NCBI RefSeq assembly: GCF_006345805.1
Contig: NC_043013.1
Coordinates: 57,040,001-57,104,000 of the forward strand
DNA length: 64,000 nt
From: Octopus sinensis
Taxonomy: Eukaryota
Direction: 5' to 3'
Part shown: positions 26,100-39,733 of the stretch, one piece after another
How the letters are laid out: each line of letters starts with the position of its first letter
Numbering within the stretch: position 1 is the first letter of the stretch
Notes under the pieces: model-generated
Seen by the model: only the letters and a program-made list of their open reading frames with translations
Database searches by the model: none
What the model was told of the DNA's origin: nothing
Translations under genes and position numbers: made by a program

Positions 26100-27700
26100 T
26101 ACGTACGGAATATTGGGATAAGAAACAGCCAACATTTCAAATTTTTCAGAAACATAATTACACCAATAAACTACATGTGCTGAAAAGAAATATGCCACCC
26201 TAATAAACCAAATTACTCAGCCATTATTAGCAACACAGTAAACGGTTTCCGCGAAGAGACTGTCAATGAGAAGAAGCACAACCAGGACGGACAGAACAAC
26301 AACAAGTCATCACCACTACTCGAATAGGTTTTGGGTAATAAATGTTCTGCTATATTGAGCACCAACATATGGGAGTAAAAGAAACTAATCCAAAGGATAA
26401 TACTGAACCCAAATGGATTATCTTTGTTCATCAACTGGCTCAAATGAACCTAAAAAACTAAAACAGTGTAGCATGGCTAAACGAAATAAAGCGTAATGCC
26501 TCTCCAACAATATATAATTTCCCCGGTGAAATACACCTAACGGTTATTATGCAACTGCCGAGTGAAAAAGCACCTAGAAGGGACCACATAGTATGCTACT
26601 GGTTTAAAAGCTCACATTCTACAGGGAAATTCTAACGACCCTGTTTATTTAACAAAAAAAAAAAAAGAAAACACAAAAAACAAACAATGGACTAGATTTA
26701 CCAGATTGGGTGACAGTTGCACGGACTACGCTTATCCACATGGAAAAAAAAGAGACCCACAGGGCCATAAGTCAGTCCCATAATCTGGTTGAGTATTATA
26801 TACAAACTTTACGCAGGTTGTCTGAATATATATCTCCAAGACCACTGCTAAACAAATAGTTAACTAGAAGGAGGACAGAAAGGAGTCTGGGACTGTGCTG
26901 AACAGCTCCTCTTCAAGCAACAAAGTTGTCCTTAAGGAAGCCAAACCACATTACCGTAATATCTTAACAATAAGACTAGACTAAAAGAAGGCATTCGACT
27001 CAGGTGCTTCACTCTTGTCAAAGTACCAGCTGTAATAGTGAATGCTATTGAAAGAATGGCCACAAAGTGGTCTACACAGTTCTCAATGACAACTACTAAA
27101 GCAACACCTAATGATGCAAACAGAATTAAGCTACCAACAGCCATATTCTAAGGTGATGATCTATTTGCAATGTTGTTTGTAGAGGTAGTGAACCTCCTGT
27201 CAGCTCTGTTAACAAAATGGCATGGTTACATACTAAGATATTCAGAAAAGAGTAGAACGTCACCCACACATTCTTCGTACATGACCCAAAGTAATATTCT
27301 TGTAACATACCGAACATCGGGAGACCATTAGAAGTAGTCACAACATTCTCATGAGCCACAGGAATGAAGAATAAGATAAATGCCCAAGCGTAATAGTCTG
27401 TCGAACGGACATAGAGTATGTACAGCAATGGCTACTCCATCTCCCCTCTCTCTAATGATGAAAACTACAAATGCCTCGGAATCGATGAGAATGTTGCATA
27501 CGTTGATGCTGTGACTTATCCCAGAATAACAAAAGTGTGCTTCTGTAAAATCCGAAAAATATGGAAGTCAGCGCTGTCTGCATTTAGCAAGACCCTATCT
27601 ACAATGCTTTTGCAGTGGAATATTGGACTGGACACTCGATGAGATACACATTCTGGACATCGAATGCAAAAAGGTACTACCCTCCACTAATAACTTCCAT
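26100..27700 (+). mobile_element. Decayed R4/Dong element, N-terminus through RT
   Basis: LPDWVTVARTTLI.., GCAEQLL, I(L)RGDDLFAMLFV (GIFQGDSLSP-like), ENYKCLGIDEN. Confidence 0.7.
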
Positions 27701-28100
27701 GAGACATGCCAAATTACCAGATGCTAGAAATTGTAGAAATTGTCCCAGCCACTTAGGTTCTGATTTATTGAATAACACAATGTTTGACCCACATCCAAAC
27801 CAACACTCATGCATTTCACTATCTCTTGTAGAATGCATTCCCTTGCAAGGAAAACAGGCCACACATCTAGTTTGTTGAATACTCTGTAAAAGAATGTCGC
27901 ATGTAGTTCCTCTTGACTATCAGCATAAAAAATATTCCATAGTTTGCCATACTTTTGAAAGCAATGCACTAACAACTCTGCTAGAAAGACCTGTCCAATT
28001 TCCTTCAAACCATATCTTACTCTTAAGAAATAGAATACGTTCAATAAAGTACACCTGAATATATTGTATGAAAGCATGACAGGATGGTCATGGATGGAAA
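27680..28100 (-). pseudogene. Possible decayed piggyBac transposase
   Basis: Frame ..VYFIE..GLSSRVVSALL..YFLC**..CVACF.. resembles piggyBac GLGxRVV..DNxxTS..ACGTVR. Confidence 0.35.
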
Positions 28101-28585
28101 CATTGATCAATCAGCAATGACTTGAAGCTAAACAACAAACGTAGTATTTTTTGAATTTGTGATTTAAAATTGAATCAAACTGCTTCAGGTGGAAAATGTT
28201 TCTCAAAAGCGATGTATTCTGAAAACAATATGCTGAAGACTCTTTTGTATGAATGGAATATGAATAACATCTTTTGTTGATACGTACACATGTACAATGG
28301 TGAAAGATTCCCGGCAGAAAGGAACTTTTTTGTTGTTTTCAGCTTTCTTTTTGATATTTTCTAACTTACTTATTGTTACAAAAGTATGTTTTGCATGGTT
28401 TTGTATGGTCTGTCTCTCTGTTCTATCTGTCTATCTATCTGTCTATCCATCTGTGTGTGTGCATTTATATGTATATTTACATATATACACAAATACATAT
28501 ATAAATGTACATATATAATGTATTCGAATACATATAAATATTCATATGCATGTGTGTGTGTGTGAAGGTAGAAATTTGTGTGTAT

Positions 28586-28648
<63 letters not shown>

Positions 28649-29052
28649 AACATATGCAGGTATACATGTGTATACATTTATTTTTATATATACGTGCATG
28701 TATGAAGACATATTTACATGATTCGCATGTATATATAGCTTTTTATATCCGCGTGCATGAGTGCGCGTGCACGTGCGTGTGTGTGTGTGTGTTTAAAAAC
28801 AAGAACCAAAAGTATTCGAAAGAGAATATTTCTTGCGACGATCATTAATGACGACACTCCACGTTAAAACGCGGGTTTTGGCGAGGATTACTGATTGCCT
28901 TACATATGGCATTATCAATAAAACTTACCGAACTTCGAGCATTTAACAAAGAGAATATTGCAGTAATACAATCTTTACCTCGATCTATATCACCCTCCAT
29001 CTCTCTATTGTCTTTCTCAGCATACACGCACACACGCACAAATATATATATA

Positions 29053-29283
29053 TATTTCTTTACTACCCACAAGGGGCTAAACATAGAGGGGACAAACAAG
29101 GACAGACAAATGGATTAAGTTAATTACATAGACCCCAGTGCGTAACTGGTACTTAATTTATCGACCACCAAAGGATGAAATGCAAAATCGACCTCGGCGG
29201 AATTTGAAATCAGAACGTAACGGCAAACGAAATACGGCTACGCATTTCGCCCGGAGTGCTTACGTTTCTGCCAGCTCACCACC
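29053..29283 (-). mobile_element. tRNA-derived SINE
   Basis: Close homologue of 49912-50145; antisense A-box TGGCAGAAACG and B-box-like segment. Confidence 0.85.
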
Positions 29284-29289
29284 TGACAA

Positions 29290-29371
<82 letters not shown>

Positions 29372-29397
29372 ATATATATATATATATATACATATAG

Positions 29398-29485
<88 letters not shown>

Positions 29486-29491
29486 GTATAC

Positions 29492-29525
<34 letters not shown>

Positions 29526-29578
29526 ATATATATACATACATTATATATATATATACATACATTATATATATATATATA

Positions 29579-29642
<64 letters not shown>

Positions 29643-29645
29643 ATA
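29290..29645. repeat. Long (TA)n / (TACA)n microsatellite
   Basis: Direct reading. Confidence 0.95.
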
Positions 29646-29851
29646 TTCAATATACATAAAGGGTGAAATATAATTAATTTAATAAAATTAATAATTTCAC
29701 CTTGTAGTTTTTTCGGTATGGAAATGACCATATTCGGTAAGGATTATATATAGTTATAATAAAGTGTTAATTGTAACAAGTTGTAGGATAGTGAGAAATA
29801 CACCCACCCACACATACACATACACACCGGTACATGCTCACACACAGATAC

Positions 29852-29886
<35 letters not shown>

Positions 29887-31166
29887 TGATATAGGGTTAA
29901 TTGCAACAAGTTGCTCAAAACAACATACCGAAAATATTAGAAATAGCAGCCAAATAGGTCACTATTGCTACTACTAGAAAAATAAGTCTCCACAAACAAA
30001 CAGAATTTGTAACCCGTATGTGGTAAAGAGAAAGAAGACAACGAAATCCCAGCCTATTGGATTAATTATAGACGAAATCGTTTCTGGATTAGAACCGAAA
30101 GTTCATTCCCTTGTCAATATAATATTTCCTATAAATCTAGAAATGCTAGGAAAAAACTCACCCATTACACCAACTCGACCAGGCGACATCGAACGATCTA
30201 ACGGTCTGCCAGCATCTCCACAATTATATTAGTTTTATTAAATTAATTATATTTCACCCTTTATGTGTATCGAATACTATTACTCCCATACAATGAATCT
30301 GCGAAACTTCTTTTCGGTGGTACTGTTTTTGTAACTCACGTGGTGAAATTTTGGAGGGAGATACGAATTCGCCTGTCTATATAAATGTGGAGATGCTGGC
30401 AGACTGTTATATCGTTCGATGTCGCCTGGTCGAGTTTTTTCCTAGATTTCTAGATTTATAGGAAATATTATGTTGATAAGGAAATGAACTTTCGATTCTA
30501 ATCCAGAAACGGATTCGTTCATAATTAATCCAAATAGGCTGGGATTTCGTTATCTTCTTTCTCTTTACCACATACGGGTTACAAATTCTGTTTGTTTGTG
30601 GAGAATTATTTTTCTAGTAGTAGTGATGGTGACCTATTTAGCTGCTATTTCTAATATTTTCGGTGCGTTGTTTTGAGCAACTTGTTGCAATTAACCCTAT
30701 ATCATAATTATATATATATATATATATAATTAAGGGTAGAAATTGATGTTTATCAATTAAGACCAGTGGTCTAGCATATTAAAAAAGAATCCGAAGATTA
30801 AAATATTTATATATACCAATTAAGGACTGAACACGAAAAGTGGACAGTCAACATGCTAGATATAGACGTCAAATCGCCATTCTCCACAAAAGATTATGTT
30901 CTCAGATCAAACTCAGCACAAAACCATAGCAATAAACAAGTGAAAATATACGAAATAAAATAATTACCCATGTACTTTTGTGGAGAATGGCGATTTCTCT
31001 TCTGTGGCGATTTGACGTCTATATCTAGCATGTTGACTGTCCACTTTTCGTGTTCAGTCCTTAATTGGTATATATATATATATATATATATATACACGTA
31101 TCTGTGTGTGAGCATGTACCGGTGTGTATGTGTATGTGTGGGTGGGTGTATTTCTCACTATCCTAC
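29646..31166. repeat. Nested inverted repeats: 29646-29693/30227-30274; 29881-30222/30386-30710; 29783-29870/31079-31166; 30808-30892/30975-31078
   Basis: Manual reverse-complement matching of each pair. Confidence 0.85.
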
Positions 31167-31666
31167 GCAGTCCCCTACCAGGTGCAACAGGGAGTGTTGA
31201 TTGTCAATAGGGAGCGTGGAAGGAAGGAATATGTACGAGTGAAAATATAGGGTTGCAATGAAAATGTGAATTGCTAACGGAGTTATAAGATAGACAAGTC
31301 AAATGTAATACGTTACACAGACGGCATTGTGGGGTGTGTCAACTTGAGTTAACAGAATATTCGTAAAGGAATACTTCGAAGCAAAGCAATATAAATGAAG
31401 AAATAAAGAAAAGAAGTATTTTCGTTAAAAGAAACAAAGAAGTTCAAACAATATCGAAGGAAAAAAAATTATATAAAAGTAAATAACAGAATTTTTAAAA
31501 AATGCAGATAAATCCAGAACATAATAAACAAAGAACGGATTGAGAATAGGTTGAACTGCTGCAGTTGACCGGATATAATGACAGGTTTGATTCCTTCAGT
31601 ATTCAATCCAGTGGTATTAACACCATGGAGTTGCTAAGGTATAAATGCTTGACCACATACACTGGT

Positions 31667-31702
<36 letters not shown>

Positions 31703-31851
31703 TCATATATACATACTTCATGTTAACAGAACTTCACAATTGTTCAAGCGTACCACAAAAGGTGTTAGTAATCGCTTCCCTTTTGGATGAGGATACTTAA
31801 GGTTACACATCCACCAATGTGCTGTAAAGCACTCAGTCTCATTGTTCGATA

Positions 31852-31890
<39 letters not shown>

Positions 31891-32430
31891 TATCAAATCT
31901 AGCTACATTCACAGTATTAAACCACATAAAAAAATACAGTTTTAATATTTACTCATGTAAAAACAGAGGTTTTTAAAATGAAAAAAAAAATTAAAAGATA
32001 AAACGAAACCAACACTAACACAATAAATATAACAAATACAATATTGCCCTTCTCATATTTATGCAGAAATTTTCTCACCAGGAAATAGCAAAATAAGCAA
32101 AGCATAGACAGATTCTTCCTTGATCTTGTTACATTTATTTCCAAATAGCCTCTAAGGCAAGCATCCTTTTATTTCTAATCTAGATTTTCTGCAAGATAGT
32201 TATGTAGGTAGTGTCGTAAACATACGTTTTACTTTCTGTTCTTTTATTTTGTTCTTGCATTTTTATTCGATTTTGGTGCAAAACTTTTAGATTCTTATCC
32301 TTAAGATTTTTTTGCAGACATTCCTAAAAAATCTCACTGCTTTGTGAAGTGTAAAAGTTTGGTGTTTGAAGTAAGTTTGATATGTGAAGCTGTGAGAGCT
32401 TAGCTTTTTCTTCTGTGTATGAGAATATAT

Positions 32431-32480
<50 letters not shown>

Positions 32481-33269
32481 GCATGCAACGCACGCTCGTA
32501 TATACACCCATACGGACATATATGGACATATACGTATCTATACTTTCTATATACGTATATGGAAATATATATGTGTGCAAATATTTAAATATGTAGACAT
32601 ATAATTTACATTTATACATTCATACACACAGATTTTTGTAAGTATATATGCATATGCGATGCGCATACATATGTATTAATAAATAAATGTGGTCTATGTG
32701 TGTATTAAATGTGTTGTATTGAAAATATGACTATTCTGCCAGTTCACTGCCTGCGTAATAACAACAACAACAACAATAATGATGACGACGACGATGATGA
32801 TAATGGTGATGATGGTGATGATAGTAATGATCTCTGTTTAATAATAGTTGTTGCAAATGTTGGCAGGCTGCTCGGCTGATTTGTCAAGCTACGCTTTATA
32901 GTGTCTCCAGAGAATTGGGAGATAAGGTAAAAGAGAGACGCCAAGGGAGTCGAGGCAAATGGTGCAGGGTGTGTCGTAGAATTTTGTGAACAGAATTTTT
33001 TGTATTGAAATTTTGTACAGATAGGTTTACGAAGAAGCAGAGTGAGATAAGGTCGACCGTTCAGAGATTGGTTTTAAATATATTTATTTCAAATTTATAA
33101 ATACTTTTCTGCAGAAAATTAGCACTCATTCAATCATTTTCCATAAGTATGGAAAAATTGATAAAGGTGAAATTATCTTTATTGTTTGTATGTCCTTAAT
33201 ACCCACAGTATTACCACATCGAGGTAAATGTTTACTTCTATATCACCCCCAAAATATGATAAGTAACAC

Positions 33270-33370
<101 letters not shown>

Positions 33371-34429
33371 GGAGACAGAATTCTTTGGTGCACCGTCTCC
33401 AGTACTCAGCAGGTATTTATTTGATTGACCCTGAAAAGTAAATGTATGTGTAAGGTTGTATGCGCGTGTATTCCTTGTATATGTGTTTGTGTGTAGTTAT
33501 GGGTGTATGTATTTGTGTGTGCTTGTAAGTGTATGCGTCTTGATGATTGTATGTGCTTGTGTAATTGTGTGCTTTTGCATTGGTGTATGTATGTATGCGT
33601 GTGCATTTCTTCAATGCGTATGTAAACGTATGTGCGTCTCTTCATTTTTAAATGGTAAATGGTTTGTGAAAACGTCCGCATGACAAATGCTGAAAGTCTC
33701 TAACACTGGGTGGGGTAATTCCATATACACAGGATGATTTCACACTATCTCTTCATCTCCTTTAAAAGTTTTTGGGCAAGTATATAGAATTATCGAAATA
33801 TAGAATAATCTACGGCATTTCCTCGTATTCTATGTAGAACCGGATCTGTTAGACAAATTTCCTGCTAGTCCTATATTCATAGCTGTAAACTGGTGCAATT
33901 TATACCATTCCTTTCTTACCACACGTGTATAGAGTTTATAGGTTTTTGGAAAAGTCTACAGGAGCTGTGAATTAAATCTCAATACTATTGTAGAATTTGA
34001 TGAAATATTTTGGATATCAGCCCAGACTTATGGAACGAAGGTGACGGTGGACCTAACCAAGATCACGAAAGCAGCTTTGCCTCCCAAGCTAAATAAGAAT
34101 ATTAAATAAATTAAATAATAACAACAATAAATGATGGTGATGAGGATGATGATGTCGATGGCAACGAAGAGGAAGTCAATGATGTTGCGTTCTTTCACTT
34201 GGCATAAACCCCACACCATTATTAGAGGAACTCTAATGACAGAATCCATTTTAATGTATTATTGGTGGAATTTCGTTTATCTCCAATGGTGCAAGATTGA
34301 AATTGACAGCAGTCACAACACTTATCGTCACTGATTATTAGCGATTAAAAACAACCACTTCATTGTGAATCTCTTCTGCGAGTCCTTATTTTGGGTGGCA
34401 AACTGGATTAAACATTTAGTTGGCCTGAA

Positions 34430-34605
34430 TTATTAGACAATATGCTATGCGGTATTTGTTGTAGCTCTTTACATTCTGAGTTGAAGTCCTACTTGAGGCG
34501 AACTTTGCCTTTTATACTTCGTGGGGTCGATTTAGTACCACTCAAATAGTTGGGTCAATGTAATTGATTTGTCTCCTAACTTCAAAACTGTGCCAAAATT
34601 AGAAA
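34430..34605 (+). mobile_element. Decayed tRNA-derived SINE
   Basis: CATTCTGAGTTGAAGTCC..GCGAACTTTGCCTTT..GGGGTCGAT..AGTACCA matches the family of 37580-37800. Confidence 0.6.
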
Positions 34606-34689
34606 CGATTCTTCTTCATATTATTATTATTATTCCGTTTCTCCTAGTTGCGAAATCAGCTTCAATGTTTCCAAACCATTCAAATAGAT

Positions 34690-34910
34690 GAGTTAGTGTG
34701 TGCTGCTGCCTCATGTCATATCCATTTCTCTCAGTTCACTTCCAACTTCCCTACCTAGAGATGTTTTTGGACTGTTCAGGCTTTCATTACCAGTTGGTGT
34801 CCATCTTAATTTTACCTTTCGTGTCCTGTACCATTCCATTCTGGAAGCATGGTCACACACTCTAATCCAGTAACATTTTGTTTCAAGCACTACAGACATT
34901 CTCGCTGTAG
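34690..34910 (-). mobile_element. RTE-clade LINE C-terminal remnant
   Basis: DHASRMEWYRTRKVKLRWTPTG..PKTSLGREVGSELREMDMT resembles GHxLRM..PK.ALRWTP.GKR..RPK.TW.R.VE.EL..MG. Confidence 0.6.
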
Positions 34911-35699
34911 GTAAATTCTTTAAATCATGGAAATATTTGTGTCAGCAATTTGGAGAAAGAAACGAGAAAGTATAAAGCAAACGTGTAATCACTTCAATTA
35001 CTACTTCAGCATTATAGTCAGACATTTTAATTATGTCTTACCGTATTCTAAAGATAATTCTGGAAGCACCCAACAGAACCTTACTAAAAGTGATGCTTGC
35101 ATGGATTTGTTTAAAAGTTCAAAGGACAGATCTATTAATTCAAATGTCTCCAGTCGAAAGGAACATGCAGTGTGAATACAATAACTAAATCTCTGCAAAT
35201 TTGATAAGGTTGGATACACACAATATTTGGCTCTGAATCATACCTGCGGCTGGACACGTGCCATATTTTACTCCTAGTTTATTATACTTGATCTAAATAA
35301 ACACCTAACTTATTGGTGCTGAATTTCATTCATTTTCATCCTATTGGGTTAACTATTAAATTTGCATCATAATGGAAGACAATTTTATATGATAGCTGCC
35401 ATAGAAAATACAATAAGCCCTTGGCATTAATTTGATAGCTGATAGAATTACTGCTTCACCATGAACTAAGGTATTCCTCTGTTACAGGTATTTATATCAG
35501 TTACCATTCACCGGTAAATATATTTGCCTTCAGCATTTAGATATTTTACCGTGGTAATACCAGTACAGCCATAATAAACTCTTTACCCTAAGGTATCTGT
35601 AAAATGTTTTTACATTGATCGATTCTGCTAAACTATTCTTGAGTCTGGAAAAGTAGTAATTTGGGTCAATGAGAACGGTTTCAATATTAAAGTGCAGTA

Positions 35700-35859
35700 G
35701 AAACAAAAATAAATGTTTACTTTATTTACATTTTGTCCTCATCTTGTTTGTTGTTAAAATGAAGTTTCGGCTGATATAACTTCCAGACTTCATCAAGTGT
35801 CTTTGGTTAATTTCGAACCTGGGTTCTCATTCTTAAGGTAGTTTTTGATGTTGTTGTTG

Positions 35860-35925
<66 letters not shown>

Positions 35926-35974
35926 TATTATTATTATTCAGGTCACTGCCTGGAATCGAACTCAGAAACTTGGG
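35700..35974 (-). mobile_element. tRNA-head/hammerhead element, antisense copy (head 5'-truncated)
   Basis: Antisense: GAGTTCGATTCCAGGCAGTGACC, (AAT)n, GAATGAGAACCCAGGTTCGAAAT, GACAC tTGATGA A GtCTG..CAGCC GAAA. Confidence 0.75.
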
Positions 35975-36182
35975 CATATGGTGTAGTGGCTACTAACCCC
36001 AAGATTCCGAGTTCGATTCCAAGCAGTGACGTGAATAATAATAATGAGATCCTAGGTTCGAAATTTTGCCAAGACCCCTGATGAAGGCTGGAGGGTATAT
36101 CAGCCAAAACGTGTTAACAACAAACAAGATGATAAATATCCGTCAAATGTAAATAATTCCTCATCTCTTAAATATAGAACTG
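35972..36182 (+). mobile_element. tRNA-head/hammerhead element, sense copy (G12>A lesion in the core)
   Basis: GGGCATATGG..GAGTTCGATTCC; GACCC CTGATGA A GGCTG gagggtatat CAGCC aAAAC GTGTT at 36073-36115; tail as in 16465-16543. Confidence 0.75.
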
Positions 36183-36199
36183 AAAAATATATGTCTTAC

Positions 36200-36620
36200 T
36201 TGTTAAGCCCTCAATAGAGTATAGGAAACCAGTCATAGTGCTAATTGAGAAAGAAAGCAAACAATGCTGGATCATAGATATAGCATGCCCAGCTGACAAC
36301 AAGGTATGCGATAAGGAAGAAAGAAAAGTTGATAGGTATGACAGGTTAGATTGGGAAGTTAAACAGTTGTGGTCGATGAAAAAGGTGGTAGTAGTACCAA
36401 TAATTGTTGGAGCCCTGAGAACAGTGAGTAAAAATCTTGAGAAGTACATGGAACAAATAGGGGCTGCAATAAGGGTGGCACACTTGCAGAAAACAGCACT
36501 GCTTGGAACTGCTCGAATACTCCAGAAGGTACTCGAAAAATAAGAGGTGTTACATTAATTCACTGGTAGTGAACAGCTGATGCAGTAGTATATCCTCAGC
36601 ATTAGAAGCTGTGCAAAGGC
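36200..36620 (+). mobile_element. R4/Dong 3' fragment (subfamily C)
   Basis: CWIIDIACPADNKV..KVDRYDRL..VVPIIVGALRT..ALLGTARILQKVLEK*; 3' UTR ends at AATGATAATAAT. Confidence 0.85.
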
Positions 36621-36699
36621 AATGATAATAATAATACAGCTTCAGTCATGGCACACTATGATTCTGCTTATTTTACCATTTCCCGAATTCGGTTTGAGT

Positions 36700-37350
36700 G
36701 CTATCAAATGTACCAGTAAGCAACATTATTTCTGATACTGAGCATAAAAATATTTCACTTGCCATTCCCAACGTTTGCCTGGTAGTTCTCTGACAACTGG
36801 GCTTTGTTCTTCTTATTTCTGACATAGATGATCTTCATTATTTCTGTTTTCCTTTCTTATGTTCACATTTTCTAGTTCGGTGCATTCCACTCTAAGTTGA
36901 GTTTACTCAGTTTTGTAGCAAAGTAGATTTTCAGTCTTGCGTCATTCTCATAACTTTTGTCTAGGCATTATCAACTGGGCAAGGTCCCAGCATAGCTTTG
37001 TCATTTCCGGTTGTTGCTAAGACTTCATAATTCATTTTGATCCACCACTGACCGCATGTCACCTTTCATTAATCTTCTTTCGATCATTCTCCCTTCCTGC
37101 GGTATGAATGTGATTACTAGCCAAGGATCAGCGTTATGCTTTGCGCTCTCTTATTCTGACTTTTCTGTTACTCTGATCCATGAACCTGGCACAGATTTAT
37201 TGGCAGAGAATTTCAGCTTGGGCTTTGGCTGCATTCACAGACGCAACAGAGAAGGTCTAACTTTGGTCTCATTCAGTTAAGACGACCGACCTCGATATGC
37301 CCTGCAGAATGTCTTGTGCAACTTGAGAAAATCAAAGAATAAGTTCATTT
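36700..37350 (-). mobile_element. Possible decayed RTE-like RT remnant
   Basis: Weak resemblance to the IYKGKGD..ECxNYR region in minus frames with many stops. Confidence 0.25.
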
Positions 37351-37579
37351 ACATTTTTCTAAGTCACAATACCTAATGTTTTATTTGCCCCCTTCTCAAT
37401 TAGGTCCTGGGGCAAAGAAACCCTGTTCACTTTGACAAACTTCTCCCCGCTAAAATTTGATTTAAGAAACGTTTTATTTTTATTTAGGGGTGAATGCTTT
37501 AATACAGCTGTTATAGGAAATGACTTCTCTATTTGAAATCGTAAGACTTGCTGTTACTGTTGTTGTAGTTATTATCCTT

Positions 37580-37800
37580 ATCGTTACTGAGAGGCTGGGT
37601 TTGCAGAATTGTTTAGCACTCTGGGAAAAATGCTTTGCAGCATTTCGCCAGTTTTTGCATTCTGACTTCAAATTCCACCGAGGTCGATTTTGCCTCTCAT
37701 CCCTTTGGGGTCGATAAAATGAGTACCAGTTGAGTACTGGGGTCGATGTAATTACTCCGACATTGCTGGCCTTGTGCCAAAAGCTGAAACCTTTATTATT
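37580..37800 (+). mobile_element. tRNA-derived SINE
   Basis: TTCAAATTCCACCGAGGTCGATTTTGCCTCTCATCCCTTTGGGGTCGATAAA, shared with the antisense strand of 49912-50145. Confidence 0.75.
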
Positions 37801-38168
37801 ATCAATATTATCACTGATTCTAGAATTACTTCTAAGAGTGTCTGTGGTGTTTTCTATTAAATATTCACTGTTAATATTCTTCTTGTACAATCAGAGGTGC
37901 TGTTTTATTGCCTTTGTAGCGTTTAGTTTTGTAGCATAATTATGTGTGACTGAGTGAGGAAACCTAATGTTTATAAATATAATTTTAAAAGAATGTGAAA
38001 TAACACATCTTTGCTGTCTACTCCCGGGTATGAAGGGCAGGCTTCCCTCAGGCAATTATAATTCCTTTTACAAGAATTCCAATGAAAATTCCATTTAGCA
38101 ATGTTTGAATAGATCGTATTTTGATGAGAGAAGCAAAAAAACATTACACAAGACTCAATGATGATGGC

Positions 38169-38233
<65 letters not shown>

Positions 38234-38634
38234 CAACAACAACAACAGCAGCAGCAGCAGCAGCAACAACAACAACTACCTTCTTCTGACTAAAATTGGC
38301 TATGTATCTATGGAAGAAATCAATAATTCTGTGGATTCCATAGTCACTCTTATAATAACACTAATAAAAAAAAATATATTCATCAGAAGATTTTTAGGTG
38401 TTGATATGTACTTAGCAGCATTGGCACCAATCTTTGGCTAAGATGACAGAACAAGTTTCTTTTAGTTACTTCAAATCAGGAACACGATGCTGTGACTTTA
38501 GCATTTTGGCAGAGTTTGTAAAAATTTTTCCTGTGATACCTAAATGGCTGGAAGCTAATAATTTAAACTATATTTCTCTATCTCCAGTTTGTTATCACTT
38601 CAAATTTTCACTTTCCTTTTAAATTCTATTATTA

Positions 38635-38693
<59 letters not shown>

Positions 38694-39655
38694 TATTATT
38701 ATTATCATCATCATCATCATCATTATCGTTGGCAAAAATAACGATCAAAATTATTGAAAAGAATAGTCAAAAGGAACGGAAATTTATGATGTGTGAGATC
38801 TCAGAGGGAAGTTGGTTAAAATAGCTTCAAAACACTCAATAAAATTCTGAAACCTGCTTTCAACTTGGAATTTGTTCCTTCAATGAAGTGAATGGAGAAA
38901 TATGTAATTTATGAAAACTATTGATTGTGGAACTGAAAAATGGTCAAGTTGATTAGGTGCTGGCTGAACTATTGAAGGGTTGATAATGCGAAACTTGATA
39001 CTGCTGTTAATGTAATCTGCTGATGGCATTGACTGTTTTGGCTAAGAGGAAGGGGAAAGACAATGTGTAGAAGGCATTGGTATAGACCCTCCTCGTCTTC
39101 ATACCCTTCCTTCCTTCTCTCAGCTATTCACTTAAAATACGGAAAATGCAAAACACAAATAACTATAAGCATTATGCGGAGATTCGTTGTACAGCGAACA
39201 TATAACCGCGACAATCTGTAATTGATTGTGTTGCTACATTTTGGTCTCAGACAAAAGGCAGAAAACGAATGTGTTTTGTTGTTTTTGTTTTGCTTCAAGA
39301 GGAAGACGTATCACGTGACATGAGAGGCCTTGCCTGTTTTAGGGAGATGTAAGTCTACAGTGTCTAGAATGAATTTTAATAAAGTTGATAGCATGTGATT
39401 GAAGGAAATTTTTTAGTTCCATTAGGTTGAAAGACACTGTAGAGTCTACCTCTTTGAGTTGACAAGCGTATCAAAGCTCCTTAGAATTATCCGGCCAAAA
39501 ACATATTCTTTAGAATATCCCTAGTTTCCTGATATTCTATTGAACATGTTATATTTTGTTCGTTATTATCCTACGTCAGAGGAAGAACTATAGACCCACA
39601 AGTCTTTTTAGTGCTTCATTCTCTGGTGGGGACAAAAAGATCCCAGGGATCTAAA

Positions 39656-39733
<78 letters not shown>

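Noticed and set aside
31785-31815. GGATGA GGAT...ATCC hammerhead-like stem
   Set aside because: No GAAA and damaged core; the upstream GIN-like peptide is too weak to call Penelope GIY-YIG
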